The position numbers were made by a program, and so were the translations under genes. From Zootoca vivipara (lineage: Eukaryota), in assembly GCF_963506605.1 (NCBI RefSeq), contig NC_083279.1:16368001-16432000 (forward strand): 64,000 nucleotides of DNA, written 5' to 3'. Positions 1-12,805 of this stretch are shown here, one piece after another. The notes under the pieces are model-generated. The model was given only the letters and a program-made list of their open reading frames with translations, was not told the DNA's origin and made no database searches. Numbering within the stretch: the stretch's first letter is position 1; each line of letters begins with the position of its first letter.

Positions 1-868
1 TAGGATAGTGTAACCGGTTTCCCCAGGCTGGGCGCCAAGCAGAGGGGGCACTGCAGGGCACCACAGCTATGGCGTAGTCTACATGCAAAATGGAAGGTGA
101 GAGGTGAGGCCTCACACAGGGCATTGCTGAAATTTTAAAGACCAAAGCCTGCCCTCACTGTTGTCAGTGAGATTTTAGAATCTATTATAATTGATTAGAT
201 GGGGTAGGGGCGGGATGGAGAGAGAAAACAGGGAGAAGGTGCTGGGAAGGAATTTGAGGGCTAGCCAGAAAGCCACCAGTTGAGGCATAAAGCCTCATAT
301 TATTACCCTGGCATAGACTTTACAATAGCCAGGAACAGGGAGTTGGAAATGTCATTTTCTAATTTGACAGACTGGGTTGTCCTGCTTGAAGTGTCACTCT
401 GACATTGGGCAAGCTGAATTGTACAAAACCACTCAACACATTGCAGGAGAAGGCACAGCACTTTTTCAGAAAGTCCCTGGCAAGAAATTCAGACTTGTTT
501 TTCAAAAAATAAAGATGACAGTTTGGAGTGATTTCAGCTCAGATTCTTCTTAAATCCCCCCTAGCCAAAAACAAAAAAAACCCACCCACATTTGTTCACT
601 TTGAGGATCTAGATTCTAGAGACAGTACACTGAAACTCAAATAGTTTTTGCATGTAAATGCAAATAGCATGACTTGATTCCAGCTTATTGGAGAGTCCCA
701 TATGTCTGGTGCACTTGGAGGAGGGAGCAAGCAGGTCAGGTTGTGTTGACTGTGTGTAGGAATATAAGAAGGCATCAATATCTATTTCAGTCTGTGTTCT
801 TTGCATGCAACACTGTTTCTATTCCACCCCATTTTGGCTTCCCTCAAATTCCTGTGATGGAAATTTAC

Positions 869-1199
869 TAAATAAATAAATAAATTTATTATTTATACCC
901 CACCCATCTGGCTGGGTTTCCCCAGCCACTCTGGGCGGCTTTCAACAAAATATTAAAATACAATAGTCCGTCAAACATTAAAAGCTTCCCTAAACAGGGC
1001 TGCCTGCAGATGTCTTCTAAAAGTCTGGTAGTTGTTTTTCTCTTTGACACCTGGTGGGAGGGCATTCCACAGGGCGGGTACCACTACCGAGAAGGCCCTC
1101 TTCCAGGTTCCCTGTAACTTGGCTTCTCGCAGCGAGGGAACTGCCAGAAGGCCCTTGGCACTGGACCTCGGTGTTCGGGCAGAACGATGGGGGTGGAGA
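869..1199 (-). mobile_element. L2-clade LINE 3' fragment
   Basis: The minus-strand ORF carries RAFSVVVPALWNALP...YQTFRRHLQAALF (L2 ORF2 C-terminus) and an (AAAT)n tail; same family as 45139-45902 and 61185-61493. Confidence 0.85.
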
Positions 1200-1269
1200 A
1201 TAATTCCATTATTACACACCGTTCATTTAAATCCAAAGGCAATTCAATTCAATGCAAAGAGAAAAGAAA

Positions 1270-1445
1270 CATAGGATCATGGAATTGTAGAGTTGGAAAG
1301 GACCCCAAGGGTCATCTAGTCCAAACCCCTGCAATGCAGGAATCTCAGCTAAAGCATCCATGACAGATGACCATCCCACCTCTGCTTAAAAACCTCCAAA
1401 GGAGTAGAGTTCGCAACCTCCTGAGGGAAACCCACTGTTGAACAG
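1270..1445 (-). mobile_element. CR1 LINE 3' end fragment
   Basis: Reverse complement of the CR1 tail (ctagatgacccttggggtcctttccaactctacaattccatgat); matches 36210-36520. Confidence 0.8.
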
Positions 1446-2294
1446 CTTTTGCTCCTGCAGTGTAAGGTTACTAGGTTCATGGAGGTTATGAGAAAGATGT
1501 GTTTCTCCTAACATTCAATCCTCTTTGAGTTGGAGATAGGAACCTATTTCAGAAGGAAGGGGCCGTATCATTTTTCACTTGTCAGATGCTGCACAGGATT
1601 TCATCAAAAGCAAGAGAAAGTTTCACTTTCTTTTAGAACAGGAGAGCAATGGCATGGCTGACATATGGCTTGCAAACTACATGTAAGACCTAAGGCGTAT
1701 TAATACATACTACAAACAGGTTTTCTTAGAACCTGAGACTCTTGCCTGAATATTACAGACAAAATTGCAATAGATTTTAAAAGGAGACGGTGACTTAGAA
1801 AACAACTCATCATAGTTTTTCAACTCTCAAAATGAGTTGCCGAGTGAAGCCTCAAGAGCTTTCACTGTATGACCTAGATTTCTTTTTTTTTATTTTCCAA
1901 TAGCATCTTCAGAAGTTTATTGTATGAGAAATGAAATCTGTGCACTCTGTACAGATTGATCAAAGTGATGAGTAATTACGTTAACTGCAGGCAAGTGATT
2001 AGGGGAGGAGCTAGAGTCGACTCTATGGTATTTATTGTATGAAGGTACAGTCACACACCAGATTATGCAGTTTTGGGGTAGTATCGGAAGCCCATTTCAT
2101 CACTCAGCTACATCTGCTAAAATCTCCCAGATGCTGAACACAACGGTACAGATCAGGGTTGGGTACCTTATTTATCTGATGGCTCTATATCCCACCGCTC
2201 TTCACACCTGAACTTGGGGTGGATCACAGCGATTTAAGCCACAATACATGTGCTTGTTTTGTTTTGTTTTTTTAATGGAAATGATGCCTTAAAC

Positions 2295-2430
2295 CAGGCA
2301 CCCCCAAACTTCGGCCCTCCAGATGTTTTGGACTACAATTCCCATCTTCCCCGACCACTGGTCCTGTTAGCTAGGGATCATGGGAGTTGTAGGCCAAAAC
2401 ATCTGGAGGGCCGCAGTTTGGGGATGCCTG
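2295..2430. mobile_element. hAT-type MITE (136 bp)
   Basis: TIRs CAGGCA(C/T)CCCCAAACT...AGTTTGGGGATGCCTG; perfect 8-bp TSD CCTTAAAC (2287-2294 and 2431-2438). Confidence 0.9.
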
Positions 2431-2452
2431 CCTTAAACTTTCCTCTCCTCCC

Positions 2453-2454
<2 letters not shown>

Positions 2455-2490
<36 letters not shown>
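2455..2490. repeat. (GT)n microsatellite
   Basis: Direct reading. Confidence 0.95.
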
Positions 2491-2492
<2 letters not shown>

Positions 2493-3317
2493 CAGAGGGA
2501 TTGGCATTTGTTTAAAAAATCTGGATTACCTATGAGAACTCAAATGGAATGAAATTAAAAGCTTACTGAAATAAAAGGTTACTGACATGCCAGAGCTATA
2601 GAGGAACAGAACAGAGGGAAGCAGTTCGTTCCTATTTACAGATTGGAATGTTCTTCTCCTGTTGTTCAGAGCCAGAAAGCTACATATTATTTATTTAATT
2701 TTTTAAAAAATGATTTTGTCTGAAGATGTTGGTTCATTTTGACCCTTTTGCAAATGTTATTTACTCAGTGGCATAATAATCATTTGAGTATTTCTTTTCA
2801 ACAGGAGTCTTAGCTTGGCCAATAGTGGCACAATATAGCAGTTGTATAAATCTTTAATCTCTGTGTATACTTGTTTATGCTGGCTGCCTTCATTTATGAT
2901 ATGGAGAACGTTAGTGTAAGCTCTTGATTTGTGTGTCTACAGGAGTACTGCAGGCTATCACTTTGAATGCCTTTACTTCACACTGACTTTTTAATATATA
3001 GCACATGTTGCATCCTCCTACCTTTCAAATGAAATAGATGTGTCTGTGGTTTGTTTGTTTTTTAATCTACCAAATACTAAATCTACCTCCCCCAAACTAT
3101 TATTTAAAACTGCATTTCAGTGACACCCTTTTTTTGGTTGCTGTCTCTTACTATCAAGAGCAAAGATCAATATAAAAACTGTTTCAAGAGTCCTAGGAGC
3201 AGCTGAAAAAAATGTGGGCCATAAACCACAAAGGTAGCTTGGCTTTAAATTATGCAGCTCAATCCTATGTCAGTTTACTCAGAAGCAAGTCCTGCTGAGT
3301 TCAATGCGGCTTACTCA

Positions 3318-3496
3318 TTGGAACACAAGAAGCAAGCCAGACCAGTTTTCTATCGTGTTTGGCATTGTCCATTAAGTGACAGCAGTTCTCTAGGATTTTA
3401 CACAGTGTTCCCTTCCAGCCCTGCCTGGAGATACTAGGGCTTGAACCTGCGACCTTCTGCATGCAAAGCAGATGCTCCACCACTAAGCTACAGCCC
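3318..3496 (-). mobile_element. SINE with tRNA-Ala-like head (possibly Squam2-like; family name uncertain)
   Basis: Reverse complement gggctgtagcttagtggtggagcatctgctttgcatgcagaaggtcgcaggttcaagccc has A/B boxes; paralogues at 6211, 21717 and 39052. Confidence 0.7.
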
Positions 3497-5965
3497 AATG
3501 AGGTATGCACAAGATTGTGGCCTTTAGACTATTTGTGAACAAACCCATTTCTTACCAGAAGAATGTTAAGCATAGTATTTTAATTCACTGAAATTATAAA
3601 TGCTTGTTTGCATTACTATATGTTTACATTTGATTAGCAGGGAACTGAATTCTAGAGAGTTCTCTAGTGTTTATTGGGTAATGCTGCTCACATGGAAGGT
3701 ATCTAGTGAAGGAGAGACTCCATTTTATGTGAAGCAAGATGACTGTCTTTTAGAATCCACTGTGAACACTGCTAAGTTGAATAGAGTGTTGGAGTGCTTC
3801 TTCTCTGCTTGAAAGAAACCAAAGCTGAAGGAGAAGGTAAAATTAGAAATCTCTCATATGAGCTGCAAGGCGTGGCCTAATTGTGATGCAGAAGGCTGAG
3901 CTCTGAGCTCTGGAAAGAGAGGAAAATACATTTGTTTGGAAGTTAGAAGAAGAGACTATAAGCCCATGCTTAGAAAAGCATGTGACTGTAAATGTTATAT
4001 TTCAATTCATCTACAAGTTTCTGCAAGTAAAGTTTTTGAATGTTGAAGTCTGGACATTGCTTTAATATCCAAAGAAGGGTGTCATTTATATATATGATTT
4101 GAGCTTCCTAGCTGTGATTTTGCTATTCTTACTTCAACAAAGGAGAGAGGAAATAATTCAAGGTTTCCCATCCTTGTCCCATGAAGTTCCTTGTATAATA
4201 GTTTACAAGCACAAGAATCCACTCCCCTTTTCTCCACTGGCATATATTTTAATATGAATGCCTCATAAGCAAACAGTCAATGGGGAAGGAAGGAGGTTCC
4301 CCTGCACATTTCCTTCTTCCCTGCCCCCTTCAATTTTTGAGAAAACTTGCCTTTGATGGTAGATCATATTAAGAGCATTTTATGATTGACAAGTGATGTG
4401 CTACAACCTTTTGGATCAGCAGGCATTTCACACATGTCATGCAACATTATTTAACACTGCCTGTGTTTGTGGTAATGTTAACACCTGTGGTGTTAAGAGC
4501 TGTGATGGGATTTAGCATCCAAATAAATAAGAGATATTAATCATGCAATTGAAGCTTATGTTGTCATCAGGATTTGGCTTTGGCATTTGGAAATATGGGG
4601 TGAGGCAGATGAATTTTTTAAAGAAAAAATATATACATTTGAGGGGTGGCAGAAAAAGACAATAGCATACCAGGGCATATTAGGGTCCAGACCAGAAAGC
4701 TCTCCAGAATCCCACAACCTGGATGATTCCTTTATACTGTTGCCTCCTCCAAGGATCACTCACCTTTGGCCTGGAGGCCTTTTTCACTCCCTCAAGGAGG
4801 TGTTTCTGGTCACTGGTTTTGGTGGCAGCAACAAAAAAGAGAAGAATAAAGTAGGCACAAAGGATTAAGGCTCTCTGCCTAGCCCAAGGCCTGATATTGA
4901 TGCTAATTGTCCCATCCTGGCCATCAGATTTTATGAGCAAAGTGGTGTCAATTCTCCCTTGATTCAGGTGAGCCTCTGGCAAGGGCTGACTATACCATCC
5001 TCAGAATGCTGAGTAGTGGTGAATACAGGCTGAAAAATGGTTAGGCAGCCCTGTTATGTAGGCTGGTCAGGCAACAGAATGCTAGTAACCTCTCCTTTGA
5101 AAGTGAATTTTAAGCAATAAGCTCTTTAGTTCTGCTTTCTGTCAGCTCTCTGATGGCAGCTAGGTCACAGAAGGAAATTATAAATCTCTACAGGCTTGGG
5201 TTTGAGAGTTGAGGAAATACACAGTCTTAGCAACAGAAGCTTATTCTTGACACCACCCTTGTCATTCCGTTTGTACGAGAGCAGTTTAATAGCCTTAATT
5301 CACAGTTCAGCTTCTCCCACTTAAAAATATGCATTCATATGAAATTAATTTCCCACAAAAGGGATTGATTTCCATAACCTCAATAGAGTGATAATAAAAT
5401 CTAAATTGCACATTCCGATGCAAATCAGATTACCAAAAAGACAAAACTCTTCTACTTTTGAAAACTCAACAAGAATTACGACTAGTAAACAAACCCTTCG
5501 TCAAGCATGAAATTTCCCAATTCCTGTTGCACTGAGAACAGCATCTGCTTGCCTTATGGGGTCTGGGCCTATATTGAAATACATAACATATCTAATGATT
5601 AAAATGCATACACTGCACACACGAGTTTTCATACTTTTGTGTGAGTGTACACAAAAAGGATTTATATAGATAAATAGATTTCCTGCCACTTATTTCCTGT
5701 GAGTACCTAAACACATATTTTGTACCCATTGAAAATGTAAATCATGACAAGAATAGCTGCTCATCTAGCTATTCTTCATCAGATTGTTGAAATGCAGGTG
5801 ATTGAGAACATTAACCATTATTTATTCCAGTTTTGCCTCTGGTTATGCTATTTAAGCCTTATAACTTAAGGTTGCAGAATTTCTAAGTCTCTTAATATAC
5901 CGAGCAGGCAGAGAACTATCATTTGGTGGCAGAAAAAGTGGGCACAGATACTCTTCCTGCAATAA

Positions 5966-6210
5966 AGGGTAGTATTAGCCAGATACTCGACATTTACATC
6001 AGATTTTCCTGGACATATATGGAATACTGCAGCCAAAAGCAGTGTCCGGGCAAAAATCGGGCAAATGTCTAGGAAGCCCATGTTGGCAGTGCCGTTTTTG
6101 CCGTTTTCCCATAAAAATTGCTCAAAAACGGCATTTTCAAAAGTGATTTTTCCTAAAAAGCTCAGCAACTTTTTTGTCCAGGTTTCTACTGGTTGAAATA
6201 TGGCATCCCT
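5966..6210. mobile_element. Degenerate hAT-like non-autonomous DNA transposon
   Basis: Right end atatggcatccct resembles a hAT TIR; the body is similar to 61496-61691. Confidence 0.4.
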
Positions 6211-6368
6211 ACATAGGAATATAGGTAGGAAGCTGCCTTATACTGAGTTCAGGTTTGCCAACATGGACTGGCAGTAGCTCTCCAGAGTTTCAGAGAGTAG
6301 GCATTTTCCAGTCGTACCTAGAGATGCTGGGAATTAAATACAAAGCAGATGCTGTACTACTGAGCCCT
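6211..6368 (-). mobile_element. Degenerate tRNA-headed SINE (same family as 3318-3496)
   Basis: ataggaagctgccttatactgagt tail and cagatgctgtactactgagccc head on the minus strand. Confidence 0.6.
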
Positions 6369-6580
6369 TCCTCCAGGTACCCTGGGGTATACGTATATGG
6401 TATCCTAATGTTCCCTCTCTTTGGGTTGTTCTTCAGAATCCTCAGAGTCCCAGAGGGTCTCTTGCCATCAGAGGCAATCTGACAGGCCCCATACTAAAGA
6501 TGTATTTATTTGCTGCCTCCTACAAGGAAGACATGTGCTACTCATAGAGTCTTATCAAATCTTTTGCTAAGTCCTGGATG

Positions 6581-6937
6581 GAGGGACCCAGGTGGCGCTG
6601 TGGGTTAAACCACTGAGCCTAGGGCTTGCTGATCAGAAGGTCGGCGGTTCGAATCCCTGTGACGGGGTGAGCTCCCATTGCTTGGTCCCAGCTCCTGCCA
6701 ACCTAGCAGTTCGAAAGCACGTCAAAATGCAAGCAGATAAATAGGAACCGCTACAGCGGGAAGGTAAACAGCATTTCCATGTGCTGCTCTGGTTTGCCAG
6801 AAGCGGCTTTGTCATGCTGGCCACATGACCTGGAAGCGATACGCCGGCTCCCTTGGCCAATAATGCGAGATGAGCGCACAACCCCAGAGTCGGTCACGAC
6901 TGGACCTAATGGTCAGGGGTCCCTTTACCTTTACCTT
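6581..6937 (+). mobile_element. Full-length Sauria SINE (Squam1)
   Basis: 5' gggacccaggtggcgctgtgggttaaacc, B box ggttcgaatccc, BovB-like 3' part gagtcggtcacgact, (ACCTTT)n tail; 13-bp TSD TAAGTCCTGGATG (6568-6580 and 6938-6950). Confidence 0.93.
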
Positions 6938-7022
6938 TAAGTCCTGGATGACATAGACGCATCTCCCAATATATATTCCTGCCCTATTTTAAGCAGGAAG
7001 CTTCAGCTGTCATGGAAGCTTC

Positions 7023-7098
7023 AGCTGAGATTTCTGCATTGCAGTTGGACTAGATGTCCCTGGGGATCCCTTCCAGCTCTACAATTCTATGATTCTAT
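7023..7098 (+). mobile_element. CR1 3' tail fragment
   Basis: tgcattgcagttggactagatg...ccttccagctctacaattctatgattctat. Confidence 0.75.
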
Positions 7099-8240
7099 CT
7101 GTGGTGGGTCCCTACCAATATGAGTACATGTTAAGATTGCTGCCCATGTAACTCTTACTGATGGCCATGTTTCAACTGACATTTACGAAATGAAGTCATT
7201 ACCTGGGAGTTCCTCCACATAACAACAGTGCCTCTGAAGCAAAGCTAAAGAACCGCAGGTCCTCTTTATTAGAAACTGCACTTTTCTATATTGAACACAT
7301 TTTATAGGGATTACTAGAGAATCAATGCACGACTCAGCTCTCCAGCTGAAGGTAAGGGTGGATTCAGAAAATCATTTGCTTTCCCATCATACTGTGACTT
7401 TGGCAGATAGGTCCTCATGGTATTGGAATTCTTTTTTTAATCTTGTGAAAAGCATTGTGGCACTGGGACCCATCATGCAGTAGAACTGTCTGGAGAGAAG
7501 CAATTTCACGCAGTGCCTGTACAAAGGTCACATTAGAATATGAGAAAAAAGTAATCTGAATCCACCCCGATAGAACTAAGTTGAAGAGAACTCCTGAAAC
7601 TGCAGTGGTGGATAAGATCAAACCCCTGCTTGATTAATAAAGCAGCAATCCAGGTCATTTATTCTCCCTTTCTTCTCTTTTCCTTGTCTGCAGCTTGAAC
7701 TAATTAAAATTAAGGTCAGTGTTCTAACCAATACTAAATGTGAGCCACTTTCCGTAATATATGTTATATAAGGCTGTACGCCAAATTTGGCCAAATAGGG
7801 ACAATTTGTATCCCGAAGGAGCTACAAATGACTACATAACAGATCTAGATTTCCAGAATCAATTTACAGAGATTTTTACAGATCTGTGCCCCAAAGCAGT
7901 CTCCCAGAAAGCCAGGCAGAGTGTCTCCAGCACCATATTAGGAGACCACCAGGGTGGGGAGAGGAGGAGAGAGAATGTGGAGGGATGCTAACATGATCGC
8001 GCTCATCCAACACCATCCAATCACAGTGCTTGAGAGGAGGAGCTAGACTTCGCTTAATGAGAGTTGCAGGGATAGCATAGACCATGGGTAGGCAAACTAC
8101 CCCCGGGGGCTGAATTGCAATAAGTTGCAATTCAGCAACTTCTCTTTCCAGTCTATTTCTGAAATTCTTTTGTAATATGACAGCTACTTTGAGGTCTTGT
8201 ATAGAATATCCTGGGAGACTGAAGTGTTCTCCTACTGGAG

Positions 8241-8605
8241 AAACTTATTACCAAACTTAAAACCATGGAGAGACCTGGTCTGAATAGAGACATTGGATTC
8301 TTATCTCATTACACATGATAAAGCTATTTTTAGCCATCTCACCTCTTGCTTTTTCCTGTAAGACCAATTGCAGTCATTAACAGTCGTCAACAGGTTTACC
8401 ACACCTATCAGCCAATCACCCATTCCCACCACCCTTCTGAATAATACCCCTCCCCACCCTCTCACTATATACACTATATATAAGGTTCTGGTGACTTCTG
8501 GTTCAGTATATCTGAAGAAGTGTGCATGCACACGAAAGCTCATACCTATGACAAACTTAGTTGGTCTCTAAGCGGCTACTGGAAGGATTATTATTATTAT
8601 TATTT
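8241..8605 (+). mobile_element. Penelope-like retroelement 3' fragment (ORF C-terminus + pLTR with hammerhead motif)
   Basis: 8241-8318 translates to KLITKLKTMERPGLNRDIGFLSHYT*, a GLNRD..LSHY ending that I recognise from reptile PLE ORFs. It is followed by CCAAT/TATA-like motifs and CTGAAGA-A-GTGTGCATGCACAC-GAAA-GCTC-ATACC (8512-8546). Confidence 0.8.
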
Positions 8606-10474
8606 TGTTCCAACCACAGTGATATTATTAATATTAAATAATGCTTTTATTTTCCCCTCTATCATTCCTACTGCTGGAAATCTGCCCCCCAATAGGACAG
8701 TATCTTGTTTGTGGGTGGATCTTCTTTGGAAACAGCAAACTCGTGACAATCCTTGGAGCTACCCACCTGAAGCTGGGCCAGGTTAATTTATCTACAGTAA
8801 AGACCTCTATAGGAGCTACCATGTTCCCAAATCTGGAGGTGGGGAAGGGGTGGAGCTGGATGCTGTGCTGATTCTGCTGCCATCACATAATGGCAGTGAG
8901 TCAAATTTTGATCTCAGCACTGTGTCAGCCTGGGAGCTGACTGTCCCCTCACCTTTTGCCCTGGCTAGTGCAAGCAGGTTAGCTGTGGAATTGGAAGTGG
9001 CTCGATCGCTCCACCAGCCCCATCACTGAGGACCAGGGCTTGGACTGATGATTTAGAAATATGGCCCTTATTTCATGCTAGAAGGCAGAGAGAATAGATT
9101 TAAACTAGATTTCCACCAGCGCTTAATTCTTCAGCCTGGGCGCCACCACTTCTAAAGCCTTGTCCCACCTCCCTTAAAGGGCAAGATAGAGTTCCACCTT
9201 GCCCATAAAACCTCATACTATTGTCTAGATCAGAATGAGCTATGCACATTTCTTAAGTGAAAAACAAATCTTTTCCCAGACTGTACTCAGCTGCTTGCTT
9301 TGCCTCCAGCTGAACAGCCCAGGTAGAAAAGTGTTATGCAAGTTTTAAAAAGAAACCAGTGTTCTGTGGAAAAAGTACTAGATCTATGCCTGTCTGCAGT
9401 TCCTTGTCACATTACTGCACCTTTTAAATTGAGAAATCTCAATGTATTAATACTTATGTGAGAAAAGGGCAGCATGAATTTTTACCTACCACGTGCCCAC
9501 TAAGGGTGCTGTGCTGAAAATGCTTTGATCAATTTAATATTCTGTTCTATAACTTGTTGGCTGCCTCATTGCCCTTCTGGTTTCCAGCGTCAAATGTGTC
9601 AAGACAGGGAAAGGAATTTACTCAGCAAAAAGGTCAAATTAGTAAAAGTGCAGCACTATATTGTATATTGATCACAACTGCTAATTTTCGGTAGTCCAGA
9701 ATTGTTATAACAATGGCATTTTATGGAGCTACGGAAATTCATTCTGGCAGCAAAGTTAATTCTGAGTTTGGAAGGAAAGCAGTGCTCGTTCTTGGTCAAA
9801 TTTGATCACCTTCTTGAAGTTATTTTGAGCAGGTTCCTTTTATATATTAAGGATTCTTCCAAACTGGCTACCTGGCACCTGCATATAAAGGGTTGGATCC
9901 AGACTAAGAAAACTGAACTAGGCTTCCATTGAAATCAAAGGGAGTTAAGTCATGTCTAATGTGTCCTGTTGATTTCTATGGGATTCAGACATAATTCTGC
10001 CCAACTTAGGATGGATTTGATCACAACCTCTATTTCCAGTTCAGCCAGAGCTGAGAATAAGAATATATTTGCTAGAACAGACGAGGATCCACTTGTTCAT
10101 TGATCTCTATTGAGATATGTATAACACTGAATATCCCTCTTTGTTTCCAATATTTTGGTCAACCAGATGTCTCTGCGAGTTTGTATCTGGAGTATAAACA
10201 GAATGGTCAAACCTTTTATTAATATTTTCATCCCGAGGCTAGTACACTACACATCAGTATTGCATAACCTTTTGTGGACTCCTATCTACTTCATCAGATG
10301 CATAGTTTGTCCTGTTTAAACAGGTGTGTGTAGATATATTTAGGTGGGCTTCCTTTGATCATCATGGCTAAAAGCAAACTGCTGTTGATAGTCCTCCCCG
10401 AGGTTGGCTGTTTTTAAAGCCACCTAAACGAGGTCCCATGATTCCATAATGAAGGCAGTCAAATCCCTTTTCTG

Positions 10475-10566
10475 TCATGGATGCTTTACTTGAAATTCCT
10501 GCATTGCAGAGGGTTGGGCTAGATGACCACCAAGGTCCCTTCCAACTCTACAATTCTATGACTCTA
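10475..10566 (+). mobile_element. CR1 3' tail fragment
   Basis: cctgcattgcagagggttgggctagatgacc...ccttccaactctacaattctatga. Confidence 0.75.
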
Positions 10567-12776
10567 GGGAACCTCATGCTGTTTCCCTGGTCTCAGCATT
10601 GTAGCAAAGCCCACCAGCAAGACTGCTAGAGCAAAGTCAAATAGCTCAGGGATTTAGCTCAGGCAAATGATTCCTCCCCCCCCCCCGGCCTCTGTTTGTG
10701 TGGTGCATGTTTAAAGCCCTCTTGGCTCCCATCTCCCTTTCTGCCCCCTGCATTCAGGCTTCCCACTCACCCCACCCATTTTACACCTCTACAGTATAAG
10801 CTTTCCATAGGTTCCCAGAGCGTCTTTTGTGTAAACCTCTCTGGAAAAGTAAATATACCCTCCCACCCCCTTAAAAAAAAACACATACCAAGCCCCAAAC
10901 CCTTATCCAGACTCGAGAGCGCTGAAACGAAGTCAGATAAATTATGGCGAGCAAAGAAAACGACTCGACGGCCTTACCGCGGCGCCAGATTCTCTTCTCT
11001 TTATTTAAAGCTGCTTTAATGGTCTCATTTACATGCAGTGATCCCTCCTTTGCCTGGTTTTCTTTATTTTTTTGGGGGGGAGGAGGGGGAACGGCTTGTT
11101 TATTTGCAGGGGGTGGGGGAGGGGAACTCTTGCCAGTCTCCTTGTCATTCCCAATTTCATGTTTCCTCCCACATCGACTCTAGTTTGGAATGGTGTCAGG
11201 CAGTCCTATTGGAAAATGCATTCTGGTGAGCTAAAGGGTGGTGGGCGTCTGACTTGAAGTACCGCTCAGAAAGGCTCAGCTCGACAGGGAGGAAGGATTC
11301 TGATGGCTCCCTGAGCCTTTCCTCATCCACAGACCCTGCATCTCCCCACCCCATCTTTCGGATTCTCTGCATCTCCATCACCACCGCCACCGCACCGGTC
11401 CTGCCAGTTGGATGCAAAGTTCACCAATGGAGCCAACGCAATTATGGGACGGCAGATGCGCAAAACCCGGGAGAGGATCCAGCCGCGGACGGGAAGACAT
11501 GTTAGCACAGCAGCCCCGGGTCTCCTTTGGCGCAAAGCGATTCGGGAACTGGGATTCCTCTATGCACCATCAGAGATGCAACTGGTTATTTAATTGAGGA
11601 CATCATATATATATATTTAAAGAATTCTCCAGATTTATGCAAACACCCCTGGTTTGAACAAGCCCCGGAAACACTTTTAAAGTCTTTTAAAAATATATGT
11701 ATTTTCACACCAACACACAGGCAAGACGCTACTTCGGGCAGAATTCTATAAGGTAAGCAAGGTGATTTTTTATTTTTATTTTTAAAGTGCGAAAGGGGAC
11801 AGCAGCAACATCCATAGAAGTCAGTTGTGGGGTCGAAATCATTTTTCCCCTTTCCCTTCTAGACCAAAAGGGAAGAGGGTCCTAAGGTGCAGGAAGGAAG
11901 TCGGAATCTCTGTGAAATATTGCTCCACAGCAACAGCCCCTCCAAAAAAAAAGAAAAGGAAGAGGGTGACGGAGAAAGAAAGAAGGAGAGACGCCACAAA
12001 GATGCCAAATGCAGCGTGACAACCTCTCTGCTGCAGGGAGGGAGGAAGAAATGCATTGGAAAAATGGCGAGCAGCATAATTACCTCCGATCTCTAGTCGC
12101 TTGACACCCCGACACTAATTCGAGTCAAGCCACGCTGGGAGGATAGCGGAGGCTCTCTCTGGCTCTCCCCTGCCCTTTCCCAGAGAGAAAGAACATCGGA
12201 TCCAGGTGTGACGCCCGCCTGGCGGGGAGATGGAGAGCGAAACAGGAAATGTTCAACTTTCCAGTATTAAAAGGCAGACATGAAAGAATCCATTTAGAAA
12301 GGAGCCCTTAGAAGCGATTGACGGCTCGCACGCCAGAATTTCTTTGACGCTTGCCCTGGACCTGGATTGATTTTTCTTTCTTTCTCTTTCTTTCTTTCTA
12401 CATCTCTCCCCGCTCCTCTCTCCCCACCCCGTCTCTCTGCGCCCCCTCTTTCTTCAGCATTCCCTCAGCAGATGGATTTTTGCCACTGCGGCTCAGCAGA
12501 GGGTGTCAGATCTTTCCGAGTGCACCAGGCTGGAAAGAGCAGAACCTCTTAGCAACTCCTGCCTTATGTGCGTGAATGAGTGAGTAACTGTGCAGCTCGG
12601 AAGACGGGAGAGGGGGGGAGGAGAGAGCGCGAGCGCAGGGGAAGACAGGAGAAGCCGAAAGAGAGAGAGAGAGAGAACGCGGCAAGGGGGAGAAATGGAC
12701 AGACCAAAAACGCAGCGATTGCAGAATTTTTGCAGCGCCATTGGTTCGGCAGCCAGTCGTTAGGCTGGGGCGTGAT

Positions 12777-12805
12777 TTCAGCACCAAGGGGTACTGGACA
12801 GCACC
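12777..12805 (+). promoter_or_regulatory. Candidate non-canonical (expanded-spacer) RE1/NRSE REST site
   Basis: TTCAGCACC (12777-12785) + 10-nt spacer + GGACAGCACC (12796-12805). Both halves match the RE1 consensus TTCAGCACCnnGGACAGCGCC, the right half with one mismatch. Confidence 0.6.
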
